Positions 29,289 through 37,419 of a stretch of DNA of 64,000 bases are shown here, one piece after another. The DNA lies in assembly GCA_002722615.1 (NCBI GenBank), contig PBMQ01000037.1, positions 34,958-98,957 of the forward strand, written 5' to 3'. Every line of letters begins with the position of its first letter. Position 1 is the first letter of the stretch. This DNA comes from Methanobacteriota archaeon. GTDB taxonomy: Archaea > Thermoplasmatota > Poseidoniia > Poseidoniales > Poseidoniaceae. The notes under the pieces were generated by a model that worked only from the letters and a program-made list of their open reading frames with translations, had not been told where the DNA came from and made no database searches. Both the position numbers and the translations under genes were made by a program.

Positions 29289-29834
29289 CTATATGTCAAA
29301 CACAACATCGCTGTACCAACCAGGTCCTTCGAATGTTGGAACTTCAACCCATGGAGAATCAAGAACTACACCATGTCCTACCTCAGAGACGACTAGGTCT
29401 TGTCGTGTGACGGCCTTTATCTCAACCTCTTTTTTGATTTCATCTGACGCAATCCAAAGGACTTGAGCTTGGAGCATGATCATTTCAGTATTCCGATCAA
29501 CTTTCACAGTACTTTCAACAAGCCATTTTTCCTCGACTTCATCCATGTAAAGGATTTCTTCAAGCCATTTAACCAGTAGGAGGCCCATTTCATCATCATG
29601 GTGAGATACTTGAACGGTCCAAACCGAGGAATGATGAATGGAATCTTTGGGAATCGGTTCAGCAAGAAGATACGATTGCATCCCTAAGGCTGTTTCTTCG
29701 AACAATCTTGCTAATGATGATGCGAATGAACGTAATCCAACATCTGCAGTAGTCGGCCTCGGCCATGAACTCAACACGTTCACCTCATCGTTTCGATACT
29801 TGTAGTGACCACGCAATCTCACCAATTCGGTCAA
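29289..29834 (-). CDS. Archease (cofactor of RtcB tRNA ligase)
   Basis: PTTADVGLRSFASSLARLFEETALGM (the archease N-terminal ..TADVG..A.TLEELFE.AA motif), LVKWLEEILYMDEVE, and the C-terminal EIKAVTRQDLVV (~IKAVTYH.L.V). Confidence 0.8.
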   Translation of the reverse strand: MTELVRLRGHYKYRNDEVNVLSSWPRPTTADVGLRSFASSLARLFEETALGMQSYLLAEPIPKDSIHHSSVWTVQVSHHDDEMGLLLVKWLEEILYMDEVEEKWLVESTVKVDRNTEMIMLQAQVLWIASDEIKKEVEIKAVTRQDLVVSEVGHGVVLDSPWVEVPTFEGPGWYSDVVFDI

Positions 29835-30852
29835 TCATATCATCGAGTCGTAGAACAAATCGATCCGTTCTGTCTGCAACGAGAATACATTCACTAGCAG
29901 CATTTGCTAATTGGGCTGTTTCCTCAACAGATAATCCTAGTGTAATTGCAGTAGCAACAGCCACGGCAGCAGCATCAATCAAACCAATCATTTGCCGAAT
30001 CTCTTCAAGCATGCATGGGACGTGGACTGTATCCTCATTACGAGAATGAATTGTGACCCCATCCTGGCCCTCAAGAATCAAAAGATGTTTCCAATCGTTG
30101 GTTTCAAGCAACATTGCAGCGGCTTCTGCGCCAGTAGTTGCACCCAGTCGTCGTCGCATTAATTCCAAACCCTTTGATTGGAACAACACCCAGTCAACTC
30201 CTTGAGATCGATGTAATCCCGTTAATTTAGGATCAGCAATAACCGGTACATTGTGTTGTTTTGCTACTTGGATTAAGCGTTCTGCACCTTGGTCATTCAG
30301 TACACCAAGGCCATAATCAGAAAGAATAAGACAAGATGAATTTGGGATACTTTCAACTGTTCGCTCAATGAGGCTAGCTATGGCTGAATCGGGGATCGGT
30401 GTATCGTCTTCGATATCCCACCGAAGCAGGAGTTGTTCACCTTTGACCAATCCTTCTCTTGCACCCAATAACCGGGTTTTAACTGTAGTAGTTCGCTCTT
30501 CTAGGACTGCGATTCCAGAGGTCTGCACTCCCTCCTCTTCTAACATTTCCAAGATTGAAAGACCGGAATCATCGTCACCTACGATTCCATGCAAATGACT
30601 GTTTAATCCAAGTGAGTCTAGACCACGAGCAACGTGAGCAGCAGCTCCTACATCCACATCACGTGAAGTCTCCTTCAGGACGGGTACTGGTGCGCGAGAA
30701 TTCAAATTATTTGCAAACCCATGAATGTAACAATCCATCATTATATCCCCAACTAGAAGGACCTTTGATGACTTTATATTTTTCAAATCACGTTCCAATT
30801 TTTTCAAAGCGTCGTGGACCTTTGCATCATCATCACTCATTCCCATTGTCAT
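29785..30852 (-). CDS. PfkB-family carbohydrate kinase, RfaE/HldE domain-I-like (sugar/heptose-phosphate kinase)
   Basis: KVLLVGDIMMDCYIHGFANNLNSRAPVPVLKETSRDVDVGAAAHVARGLDSLG parallels the HldE kinase N-terminus (VLVVGDVMLDRY..G...R.SPEAPVPVV......GGAANVA). The C-terminal DTVGAGD-like anion hole is degenerate (DAAAVAVATAI). Confidence 0.7.
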   Translation of the reverse strand: MTMGMSDDDAKVHDALKKLERDLKNIKSSKVLLVGDIMMDCYIHGFANNLNSRAPVPVLKETSRDVDVGAAAHVARGLDSLGLNSHLHGIVGDDDSGLSILEMLEEEGVQTSGIAVLEERTTTVKTRLLGAREGLVKGEQLLLRWDIEDDTPIPDSAIASLIERTVESIPNSSCLILSDYGLGVLNDQGAERLIQVAKQHNVPVIADPKLTGLHRSQGVDWVLFQSKGLELMRRRLGATTGAEAAAMLLETNDWKHLLILEGQDGVTIHSRNEDTVHVPCMLEEIRQMIGLIDAAAVAVATAITLGLSVEETAQLANAASECILVADRTDRFVLRLDDMIDRIGEIAWSLQVSKR

Positions 30853-31811
30853 CCCTCTATTCCATCTTGTAATTCAGCAAGTAGCATTGCATGCTCTTGG
30901 TTGGAGATTCCAGTTGTCTTTCGCAAGGTTTCTAACATTGCTGATTCATCAGACGTGATGATTCCGTCGATTAGCGCAGTTCTCAAGACGGATCGATATG
31001 CCTCAATTTCAGGCGTAATGTAAGGTTGCTGAAGTGCAATCTTGAACATACGTTCGTGTGTATCGGTATCGATATCAAAAGCAATCTGAACGGTTTTGAG
31101 CAATGCTTCTTCCTCCTCATGAATGACACCATCAACGAGGGCCTGTCGAAGCATATCAAGATAGATTTCCTCAGGTGGAGGTGCATCAATTTCCCGTCGC
31201 GCTTCATTTGAGAGTCGACGAACTCGTTCCGGATGCATACCTAAGAAATCGACCACTTCGTTGAGGAGCAGTTGTTCATCCTTCGTGATTCGCCCATCTT
31301 GCCACGCGCGTGCAAACATTCGTCGAATAAGGGCTTCACCTGCCTGTGCATCGAGTGATGCTGAACCCTCAGGATGGGACACAGGTGACATAACTGGATC
31401 AGTATGTACAACCATGTGTTCATCGATGTGGGCAAGAGTTTCTAAGGTGTCTGTAGCGCTTGTGAGTATTGTTTGGAGTAGAACAGTTGTACCACCCGAA
31501 TTAACTGGTGTTGATTTGATTCGGTCAAGAATAGATTGAGCGCGTTCACGACCTCCAGGGGTTAAGGAATACACTCTTCTTCGTTGACGTGCACCGGGCA
31601 CATGTCGACTTGTTGTGTTCAGGAATGCCTGCTGTTCCAAACGCTTGAGGGTTCTAGGCACATGCTTCCTTTGAACATGGACTGCGGCAGAGATTCCTGC
31701 TTGAGTCAATTCCATCGGTGCTTCCCAGTTGTTTTCTGGAAGTTGATGGTCCAACAAGTGGAGTAGGGTTCGTTCCTCAGTGGTGAGTGTTCCTAAGAAC
31801 CCGCTAACCAT
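30849..31811 (-). CDS. Winged-helix DNA-binding protein with three C-terminal TerB-like helical repeats; putative transcription regulator
   Basis: The N-terminus is a wHTH (LTTEERTLLHLLDHQLPENNWEAPMELTQAGISAAVHVQRKHVPRTLKRLEQQAFL...RRRVYSLTPGGRERAQ). Three ~45-aa repeats of the form DG.I(T/H).(D/E)E..(L/M)L..(V/L) resemble TerB/DjlA-N helical units. Confidence 0.5.
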   Translation of the reverse strand: MVSGFLGTLTTEERTLLHLLDHQLPENNWEAPMELTQAGISAAVHVQRKHVPRTLKRLEQQAFLNTTSRHVPGARQRRRVYSLTPGGRERAQSILDRIKSTPVNSGGTTVLLQTILTSATDTLETLAHIDEHMVVHTDPVMSPVSHPEGSASLDAQAGEALIRRMFARAWQDGRITKDEQLLLNEVVDFLGMHPERVRRLSNEARREIDAPPPEEIYLDMLRQALVDGVIHEEEEALLKTVQIAFDIDTDTHERMFKIALQQPYITPEIEAYRSVLRTALIDGIITSDESAMLETLRKTTGISNQEHAMLLAELQDGIEG

Positions 31812-31899
31812 ACTGCTCCCCGATTTCTATGTCAAGGTGGTAGTCCTTAGGACAATCGGTCATCGACGCAACAATATGGGAAGAATTCTAGCGTGAAAC

Positions 31900-33009
31900 A
31901 TGGTCCGACAACAACGGAAGTTCAAGCCACGGGCAAGAACTTCTCGTCCATTGAATCTCGATTCAATTGGCGCTCGTGATTCACAAAAAATTCAACCTCC
32001 TATCGAGGATGGAATGTTTTGGAGAATACAACCCCCTCTTGCAACACGTTTGTACGAAAAGAGTGCTCTGGGTTATCGGAATGAGGACGGTTCCATTCGA
32101 TTAACAGCATCGGAAGTTTTGTTCTGCCATTGGCATCGTCATTTACCACTTCCAAGTGAGACTTGGCTTGAAAATGAACTTCAAAAGAATCCAAGACTCA
32201 TTTATGAGGCTATTATAATGGACGTCGGTCGAAACGGTGGCGAGATGATTGTTCCTACTGTGCATCGTCCTTCGAATCTTCAGATTGCTTGGGGCGTGCG
32301 GTGGCATCGTGATCGAAATCATTTGAAAGACAAGTATCAGGCCTCGGTTACTACTGCAACAACTCATGATGAACTTGATTGGCTTGCTTTGTTGGAATGG
32401 TGCAGAAAATGCATTGATTTTGAACTCGATTCGGAGTTGTTTGTCATTGATGATGAACTGGATGTTACCATGTACAAACTTGATTTGATTGAGCCCAAGG
32501 GAAACCTACTGTCATGGGAACAACTTGGAGAACATCACCAAGATGACTTTCTCAATTATTGGAACAAAAGGACATTGACAGAATCTGGAAGCTATGTTCG
32601 TGTTAATCAACCATGGCAATGGGATCAAATCGGAATAGATCACATGTCAGGTCGGGTCCTTCGCCATGAAGAGGATACATATGTGCAGCACATGATTACA
32701 CAAGAGGTTGAATCTTCCTCAGACTCAAAACTCATGCATGATTTACTGTCACGTGGATTGCTCTTGCGTCCAGGATTCAAGTACGGTTGTAGATGGAGAG
32801 TCTATGATGGGGATTTGAACAATTCACACGCTCCATGGTTGATTCAACCACGATTGGAAGCAGCGACTACATGGGAAGGTGTCTGTCTGAGTGTTCGTTT
32901 GGCGGAAGGGGTCCACAAGCAGTGGGTTTGCGCGATATATGATACTGGAAATTGGAATTATTTACGCATTCAGAGATGGTCGCCAGGTAGGAATACATCA
33001 ACTGAATAG
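31900..33009 (+). CDS. endA: tRNA-intron (splicing) endonuclease, long two-unit archaeal form
   Basis: The C-terminal catalytic unit LLSRGLLLRPGFKYGCRWRVYDGDLNNSHAPWLIQP matches the EndA motif G..V..G.K(F/Y)G.D(F/W).VY....HS.(Y/W)L(V/I). An N-terminal degenerate unit (ASEVLFCHW...) plus the ~370-aa length suggests the alpha2-type. The true start may be MFWRIQPP (~32014). Confidence 0.75.
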   Translation: MVRQQRKFKPRARTSRPLNLDSIGARDSQKIQPPIEDGMFWRIQPPLATRLYEKSALGYRNEDGSIRLTASEVLFCHWHRHLPLPSETWLENELQKNPRLIYEAIIMDVGRNGGEMIVPTVHRPSNLQIAWGVRWHRDRNHLKDKYQASVTTATTHDELDWLALLEWCRKCIDFELDSELFVIDDELDVTMYKLDLIEPKGNLLSWEQLGEHHQDDFLNYWNKRTLTESGSYVRVNQPWQWDQIGIDHMSGRVLRHEEDTYVQHMITQEVESSSDSKLMHDLLSRGLLLRPGFKYGCRWRVYDGDLNNSHAPWLIQPRLEAATTWEGVCLSVRLAEGVHKQWVCAIYDTGNWNYLRIQRWSPGRNTSTE

Positions 33010-35042
33010 TCATCTCTTTCTTCTGCTTGTTTGACGCTACTTTTCTTACTAAAGTAAGATGATGCAAACCATGCAGCAAATAATATGAAAAAGGTTGAAA
33101 GTACAAGAGATTGATTTCCAACCAATGGATTTGAATTACTGCTCTGTGCCTTTAGTTCGACTTTGATATCCCATTGTTCACCATTGAATGTCTGAAGATG
33201 AATGGTTCCTAAGACATACATATTTTCTTGCAACAATCCTTGCGGGTCGATTTCGATAAGAATAGTACCGTTTCCGTTTTCGACTTCGACTGATGATGGG
33301 GTTGTTGCAACACGTGAGAGAGGGCCATCAATATCGATAGAAAATTCCCCATTTCCATCACCTAACCCCGCATATGGTAAACGAATTGTTGTAGGTTCAA
33401 CAACGTTGATGTTTGATAGCAATTTCATTTCAGAGGGTAATGGTATCGAACCCAAGGTGGTTACTGAGGTCTTGATATCAAAAGCATCATCATCACAATA
33501 GATGAATCCTGAAAACGTTGCAGTTGAATCCAACGCCCCTTGGGAGCTGAATGTACCAAAGTGAGTGGAATCAGGCGTGCTTGAATTTGAGAATACAATT
33601 GTTCTTCCATCAGATCCAGTGAGGTCACCCCAACATTGAACAAGATTATTCCCAGGTGAGATTTCCAATGATAAGGGCTCGTCTTGGAGAAGTGTTGATC
33701 CAAAATCCTCTAAGTCGATTTTATGTTTTGGCGAACAATTAATTGAATGGAATTCAACAATCCATTTATTATTGGATTCTACAATTTTAGCGTACCAAGG
33801 GACAAGAACTCCATCATGGTCACGAATCTGGATTCCTCGTTCACCAAACTCATCTCCTGGTTGAAACAAATCACTTGCCACACCGTCGTTAATTCCTCTG
33901 AGTTGTTCTTGGTTTCCATCGGCTTCAATAGTTTTCAGATATGGGCGTCGTTGATCGATGTTCATGGCATTGTGAGCAGTGTCTCCTGCTGCTAAATCTT
34001 CCAATAAAACAAGAACACCATCTCCTGGTAAGGATTCATCGTAACCTTCTTGAGTTCGTAATTCAATCCAAACAAATTCATTTTTGTCTATTTGGATTCG
34101 TATGCGATCACCACCTGCAAACCTGGATTCGAGTGGAATTGAAGGACCTATGCATGGTCCTTGAGAATTATCTGGCCATTCTAAGATAACATCGCGAGTA
34201 GGTCCATGTCCAATGGCATTCATAGTCGGTCCTGTTGGAAGGGATGGCGTATCTCCCCCACCGTTCCAATTTCCACTTGCCATGATGTCCCACACTCCGA
34301 TTCCTTTCCATGAACCAGTATATCCTGAATCATGAACTGGATAAAGGTCGAAAGCACCAAATTGATGCATCATTTCATGCAGAATTGTTCCAAATCCATT
34401 ACTCCCATGACGCATTGATGACATGGTGTAATGTTCAAATGAGACATCTGCTTTTTTTATGGGTTCAATAAACGAAGTGAAATGAGACCATATTCGATTC
34501 GAAGATCCGCCTCCTTGTTCCTGTGCGATAGTGGAATGAAGGATGAGGAAGCGATCTACGACTCCATCATCGTTCAAATCATACGACTGAAGATTTTCTT
34601 CGTTCATTGATTCAACTACAAATTCAGCAAGCAGAGCAGGAAGAAATTGACCTCCATCCCCATAATCTCTACCATTTGAACCATCTGCCCCATAGGCTGA
34701 AAGCCCTTTAGGTGCACGAAGAATTCTATCGTGTACTGAAATATCAATTGAAACTTGTTGGCCTGTGGCCTGGCTGAAATAATCCTCTGAGTGCTGCTTT
34801 AGTTCATCTTGGGTATCGGAAATTGCATTAGTTGTAAGAGGGTTTGAATCAAAATCAACCAATACAACAAGCCACGATTCATTCTGTTGCAATCCTACGA
34901 GTGGTGCTGGATTGTCTTGATTGGTATTGTCTTCAAGTTGAAAGAGCTCATTGATTTGATCTGAATAGAGATGAGACAAGAGAGCCAAGGTGATGCACAG
35001 CACCATCCCTATCGCTTGAATCCTTTTCCCCATACTTATCAC
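32970..35042 (-). CDS. Secreted M6-family (immune-inhibitor-A-like) zinc metallopeptidase with a C-terminal TM anchor
   Basis: Signal peptide (IQAIGMVLCITLALLSHLYS). GTILHEMMHQFGAFDLYP (HExxH...DLY) and GVWDIMASGNWNGG are M6/InhA signatures. C-terminal anchor LVLSTFFILFAAWFASSYFSKK. Confidence 0.7.
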   Translation of the reverse strand: MISMGKRIQAIGMVLCITLALLSHLYSDQINELFQLEDNTNQDNPAPLVGLQQNESWLVVLVDFDSNPLTTNAISDTQDELKQHSEDYFSQATGQQVSIDISVHDRILRAPKGLSAYGADGSNGRDYGDGGQFLPALLAEFVVESMNEENLQSYDLNDDGVVDRFLILHSTIAQEQGGGSSNRIWSHFTSFIEPIKKADVSFEHYTMSSMRHGSNGFGTILHEMMHQFGAFDLYPVHDSGYTGSWKGIGVWDIMASGNWNGGGDTPSLPTGPTMNAIGHGPTRDVILEWPDNSQGPCIGPSIPLESRFAGGDRIRIQIDKNEFVWIELRTQEGYDESLPGDGVLVLLEDLAAGDTAHNAMNIDQRRPYLKTIEADGNQEQLRGINDGVASDLFQPGDEFGERGIQIRDHDGVLVPWYAKIVESNNKWIVEFHSINCSPKHKIDLEDFGSTLLQDEPLSLEISPGNNLVQCWGDLTGSDGRTIVFSNSSTPDSTHFGTFSSQGALDSTATFSGFIYCDDDAFDIKTSVTTLGSIPLPSEMKLLSNINVVEPTTIRLPYAGLGDGNGEFSIDIDGPLSRVATTPSSVEVENGNGTILIEIDPQGLLQENMYVLGTIHLQTFNGEQWDIKVELKAQSSNSNPLVGNQSLVLSTFFILFAAWFASSYFSKKSSVKQAEERDDYSVDVFLPGDHL

Positions 35043-35083
35043 ACTTCATCGATTCCTTTCAATTGTTGGGTTTTCTGGGTGAA

Positions 35084-36382
35084 TTAATTGTGTATAGTTT
35101 TGAAGGAGTTAATTTCATTTTCTCGCCAATCCGTTGTTAGTATTCGGACCACATTTTCTCGCAGTTCAGGTAAATGTGGTTCATGAACGAATTGGAATGA
35201 TTGAATCCCTGAATGTTGATATCGTTTTGAACACTCTTTGAACCGTTGATTTGATGACCATGGGTTGGTCATGTTTGCAATTTGAATGTTCATTTCAATT
35301 TGTAATGTGGGATTCGTTGCAGGTACAGCACCTTGCAATTCAAGTAAATTAAGCCCCCTCATTTTGCAGCGACCGGATTGAATAGAATTCTGAAATGAGG
35401 CCGGTAGGGGGGTTGAGTCACAACCTCCAATAATCACATCAGTCAGTCGATATCGTGCTACTGTGTCAATCAAATGTTCTCGCTCATCGATGTTTGAACA
35501 CAATGATTCGTACCGCAATAAACCAGTATTTTCAGGAGATGTATCAATAGGGTAAGCCACGCCTTGGCATGAGCAATCAACATAGGTGACGAGTCGTCGT
35601 CTTCCTTCATGATCGAAAATGGCTTTCGGATTCATGATTTCCATTGCACGACATACACTTTTGCTGATTGTGAACTCCAAGAATAAAACCATGATTGTGA
35701 GCAGTACAATATTAGTTCCATTCCATCGACCAGGGAGAGAAAGAAGGAGGATTACACCCCCTATTCCAAGAATTCGAACTCTCCACCAGTCTTGATTATT
35801 CTCAGTGATCAGTCCTAATGAACCAGCGATAATGGTTCCGAATGCTAACATGTAGGTCATTAGAAGAGCCCAGAAAACAGATAATGCAAACGTGAAGAGT
35901 GTGATAGCATCATATTGAGATGTCAAACCAGCATCATTATGTATTCTGTCACCAAAGTCATAGAGTGATGGAATAAAGAAATAAAACAACGCAAAAAGTA
36001 AGCCATAGGCAAGTGTTAAAGAAGTCATCATCCACCTTTTCATGACGGTCTGTTCGCTTTGAGTTAGTCCGGGTTTCGCAAACGAGTACATCGAGAAGAG
36101 TGCAAATGGAAGTATGCATAAGATGGAAAGCATGACTGCGCTTAACCACCTTACAACACTCCACGAAGCTGGTTCATACAATGTAAGGCATGATACTGTA
36201 TTACAAGGGTTCAGATGGTTCAACATCATCTCGAGGATTGAGTCGATCTTGTTCATTATTGCAATCGTAAGAATCGCAACAAGGACAAAACCAAGAGTCG
36301 CCCTTTGAGTAAGGTAGTCAAAGTGGTGTTGCACTGGTTGTACTGAATCGGATTCAAGGTGAAGTCCCATGGCAGATGTCAA
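35084..36382 (-). CDS. Polytopic membrane protein (6-7 TM, weakly TatC-like) with a Cys-containing cytoplasmic C-terminal domain
   Basis: The first ~260 aa contain the hydrophobic helices ATLGFVLVAILTIAIM, LSAVMLSILCILPFALF, LTLAYGLLFALFYFFIPSLY and LFTFALSVFWALLMTYMLAFG, after an HHFDYLTQR lead-in. TatC assignment is tentative. The C-terminal 170 aa has CSCQG...C...GGCDS...C motifs. Confidence 0.35.
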   Translation of the reverse strand: MTSAMGLHLESDSVQPVQHHFDYLTQRATLGFVLVAILTIAIMNKIDSILEMMLNHLNPCNTVSCLTLYEPASWSVVRWLSAVMLSILCILPFALFSMYSFAKPGLTQSEQTVMKRWMMTSLTLAYGLLFALFYFFIPSLYDFGDRIHNDAGLTSQYDAITLFTFALSVFWALLMTYMLAFGTIIAGSLGLITENNQDWWRVRILGIGGVILLLSLPGRWNGTNIVLLTIMVLFLEFTISKSVCRAMEIMNPKAIFDHEGRRRLVTYVDCSCQGVAYPIDTSPENTGLLRYESLCSNIDEREHLIDTVARYRLTDVIIGGCDSTPLPASFQNSIQSGRCKMRGLNLLELQGAVPATNPTLQIEMNIQIANMTNPWSSNQRFKECSKRYQHSGIQSFQFVHEPHLPELRENVVRILTTDWRENEINSFKTIHN

Positions 36383-36391
36383 AATATTCCC

Positions 36392-37411
36392 TCACACCAA
36401 GTCATGGTGTTCTGGTTCAGCACGTGCTTGAACGATTGTTCGGTATACACCAAACAAGGCCCATAATGTCAACATACCAAGGACAAATGTATATCCCCAT
36501 GGTTGTCCATTATCAACAGCCCAACCAAACGCAAGGAGTAAACCAAGCGAAAGGATACCTCTTCGAATACCTTGTGGGACCGCGAGTCGCATGTCCAAAT
36601 GCTTGGGACCTCCTCCAAATCGACGCTCGTAGAACTCTCCTTGAACGACTGCTCCGACAAGAATGATTGCTAGCGTAGCCCAGTAGAACAGATTACCATT
36701 GGTAAAGAAATCATCAGCGATTTCTGCTTGCCTTTCTGCCTCAAGTGCCTCAGGGTTCTCTTCGGCTACAAACAGGGATTGGAAATCTCCGACGCTAATT
36801 GTTCGTAGTACGAGGTTTTCTTCATCATCATTTGTCATGGTTTCTGGCGATGAGATGAAGAACGAGAGTAGATTCCAGTTGTCACCTTCGTTAGCCCCGT
36901 TGAGACCATCAACTGCGTTTCCAGCTAGGGAGAACGAGACATCTCCAACATCGGATGAGGGTGCGGTCCAAGTTACAATCCAATCGTTGCTTGGCGCTGT
37001 TTGAGATACTGCGCCTGGTTCTGAACCGTCAGTATCTTGGACGATTTGGGATCCTTCCCCTGCAGTAAATGTTCCAACACCATAGTCTGTTAGGAGGAAG
37101 CCGCCATTCTCATAGGAGGCATGTTGAAGGTTCACTGTAAATTCATAGGACTCTCCTACAGAATATGCTCGAGGGACGCCCGAGATTGAGACGACTACAT
37201 CGTTTGAAGGTACACCATCGCCGTGGCAAGTACATCCTGTTTCTACGGTGAGGCCTCCGTTGATTGGATTGACCCAAGGAGGGCCGTTTGGGTTGGCCAC
37301 AACAGGTGCGAGAAGGCAAATAGACAGGAGCAAAATGAGAAGTGTTCTCGATTTCATAATATCCTCTCTACTTCTGCCACTCCAGTTCATGCTTTCAACG
37401 TTGCTTTTCAC
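36392..37411 (-). CDS. Secreted beta-rich protein with a CxCH motif and two C-terminal TM helices; function unknown
   Basis: Signal peptide (MKSRTLLILLLSICLLAPVVA). The mature N-terminus is NPNGPPWVNPINGGLTVETGCTCHGDG. An acidic Gly/Asp-rich linker follows. Two TM helices (LFYWATLAIILVGAVVQ, ILSLGLLLAFGWAV...FVLGMLTLWALFGVY). Confidence 0.45.
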   Translation of the reverse strand: MKSNVESMNWSGRSREDIMKSRTLLILLLSICLLAPVVANPNGPPWVNPINGGLTVETGCTCHGDGVPSNDVVVSISGVPRAYSVGESYEFTVNLQHASYENGGFLLTDYGVGTFTAGEGSQIVQDTDGSEPGAVSQTAPSNDWIVTWTAPSSDVGDVSFSLAGNAVDGLNGANEGDNWNLLSFFISSPETMTNDDEENLVLRTISVGDFQSLFVAEENPEALEAERQAEIADDFFTNGNLFYWATLAIILVGAVVQGEFYERRFGGGPKHLDMRLAVPQGIRRGILSLGLLLAFGWAVDNGQPWGYTFVLGMLTLWALFGVYRTIVQARAEPEHHDLV

Positions 37412-37419
37412 CCGGAGGA

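Noticed and set aside
29033-29466. Cluster of 65-109-aa ORFs on both strands (29033..29362 -, 29097..29396 +, 29213..29410 +, 29257..29466 +)
   Set aside because: They lie inside the GC-rich SRP RNA gene or the archease coding region, and their translations are Arg/Gly/Pro-rich artefacts of high GC.
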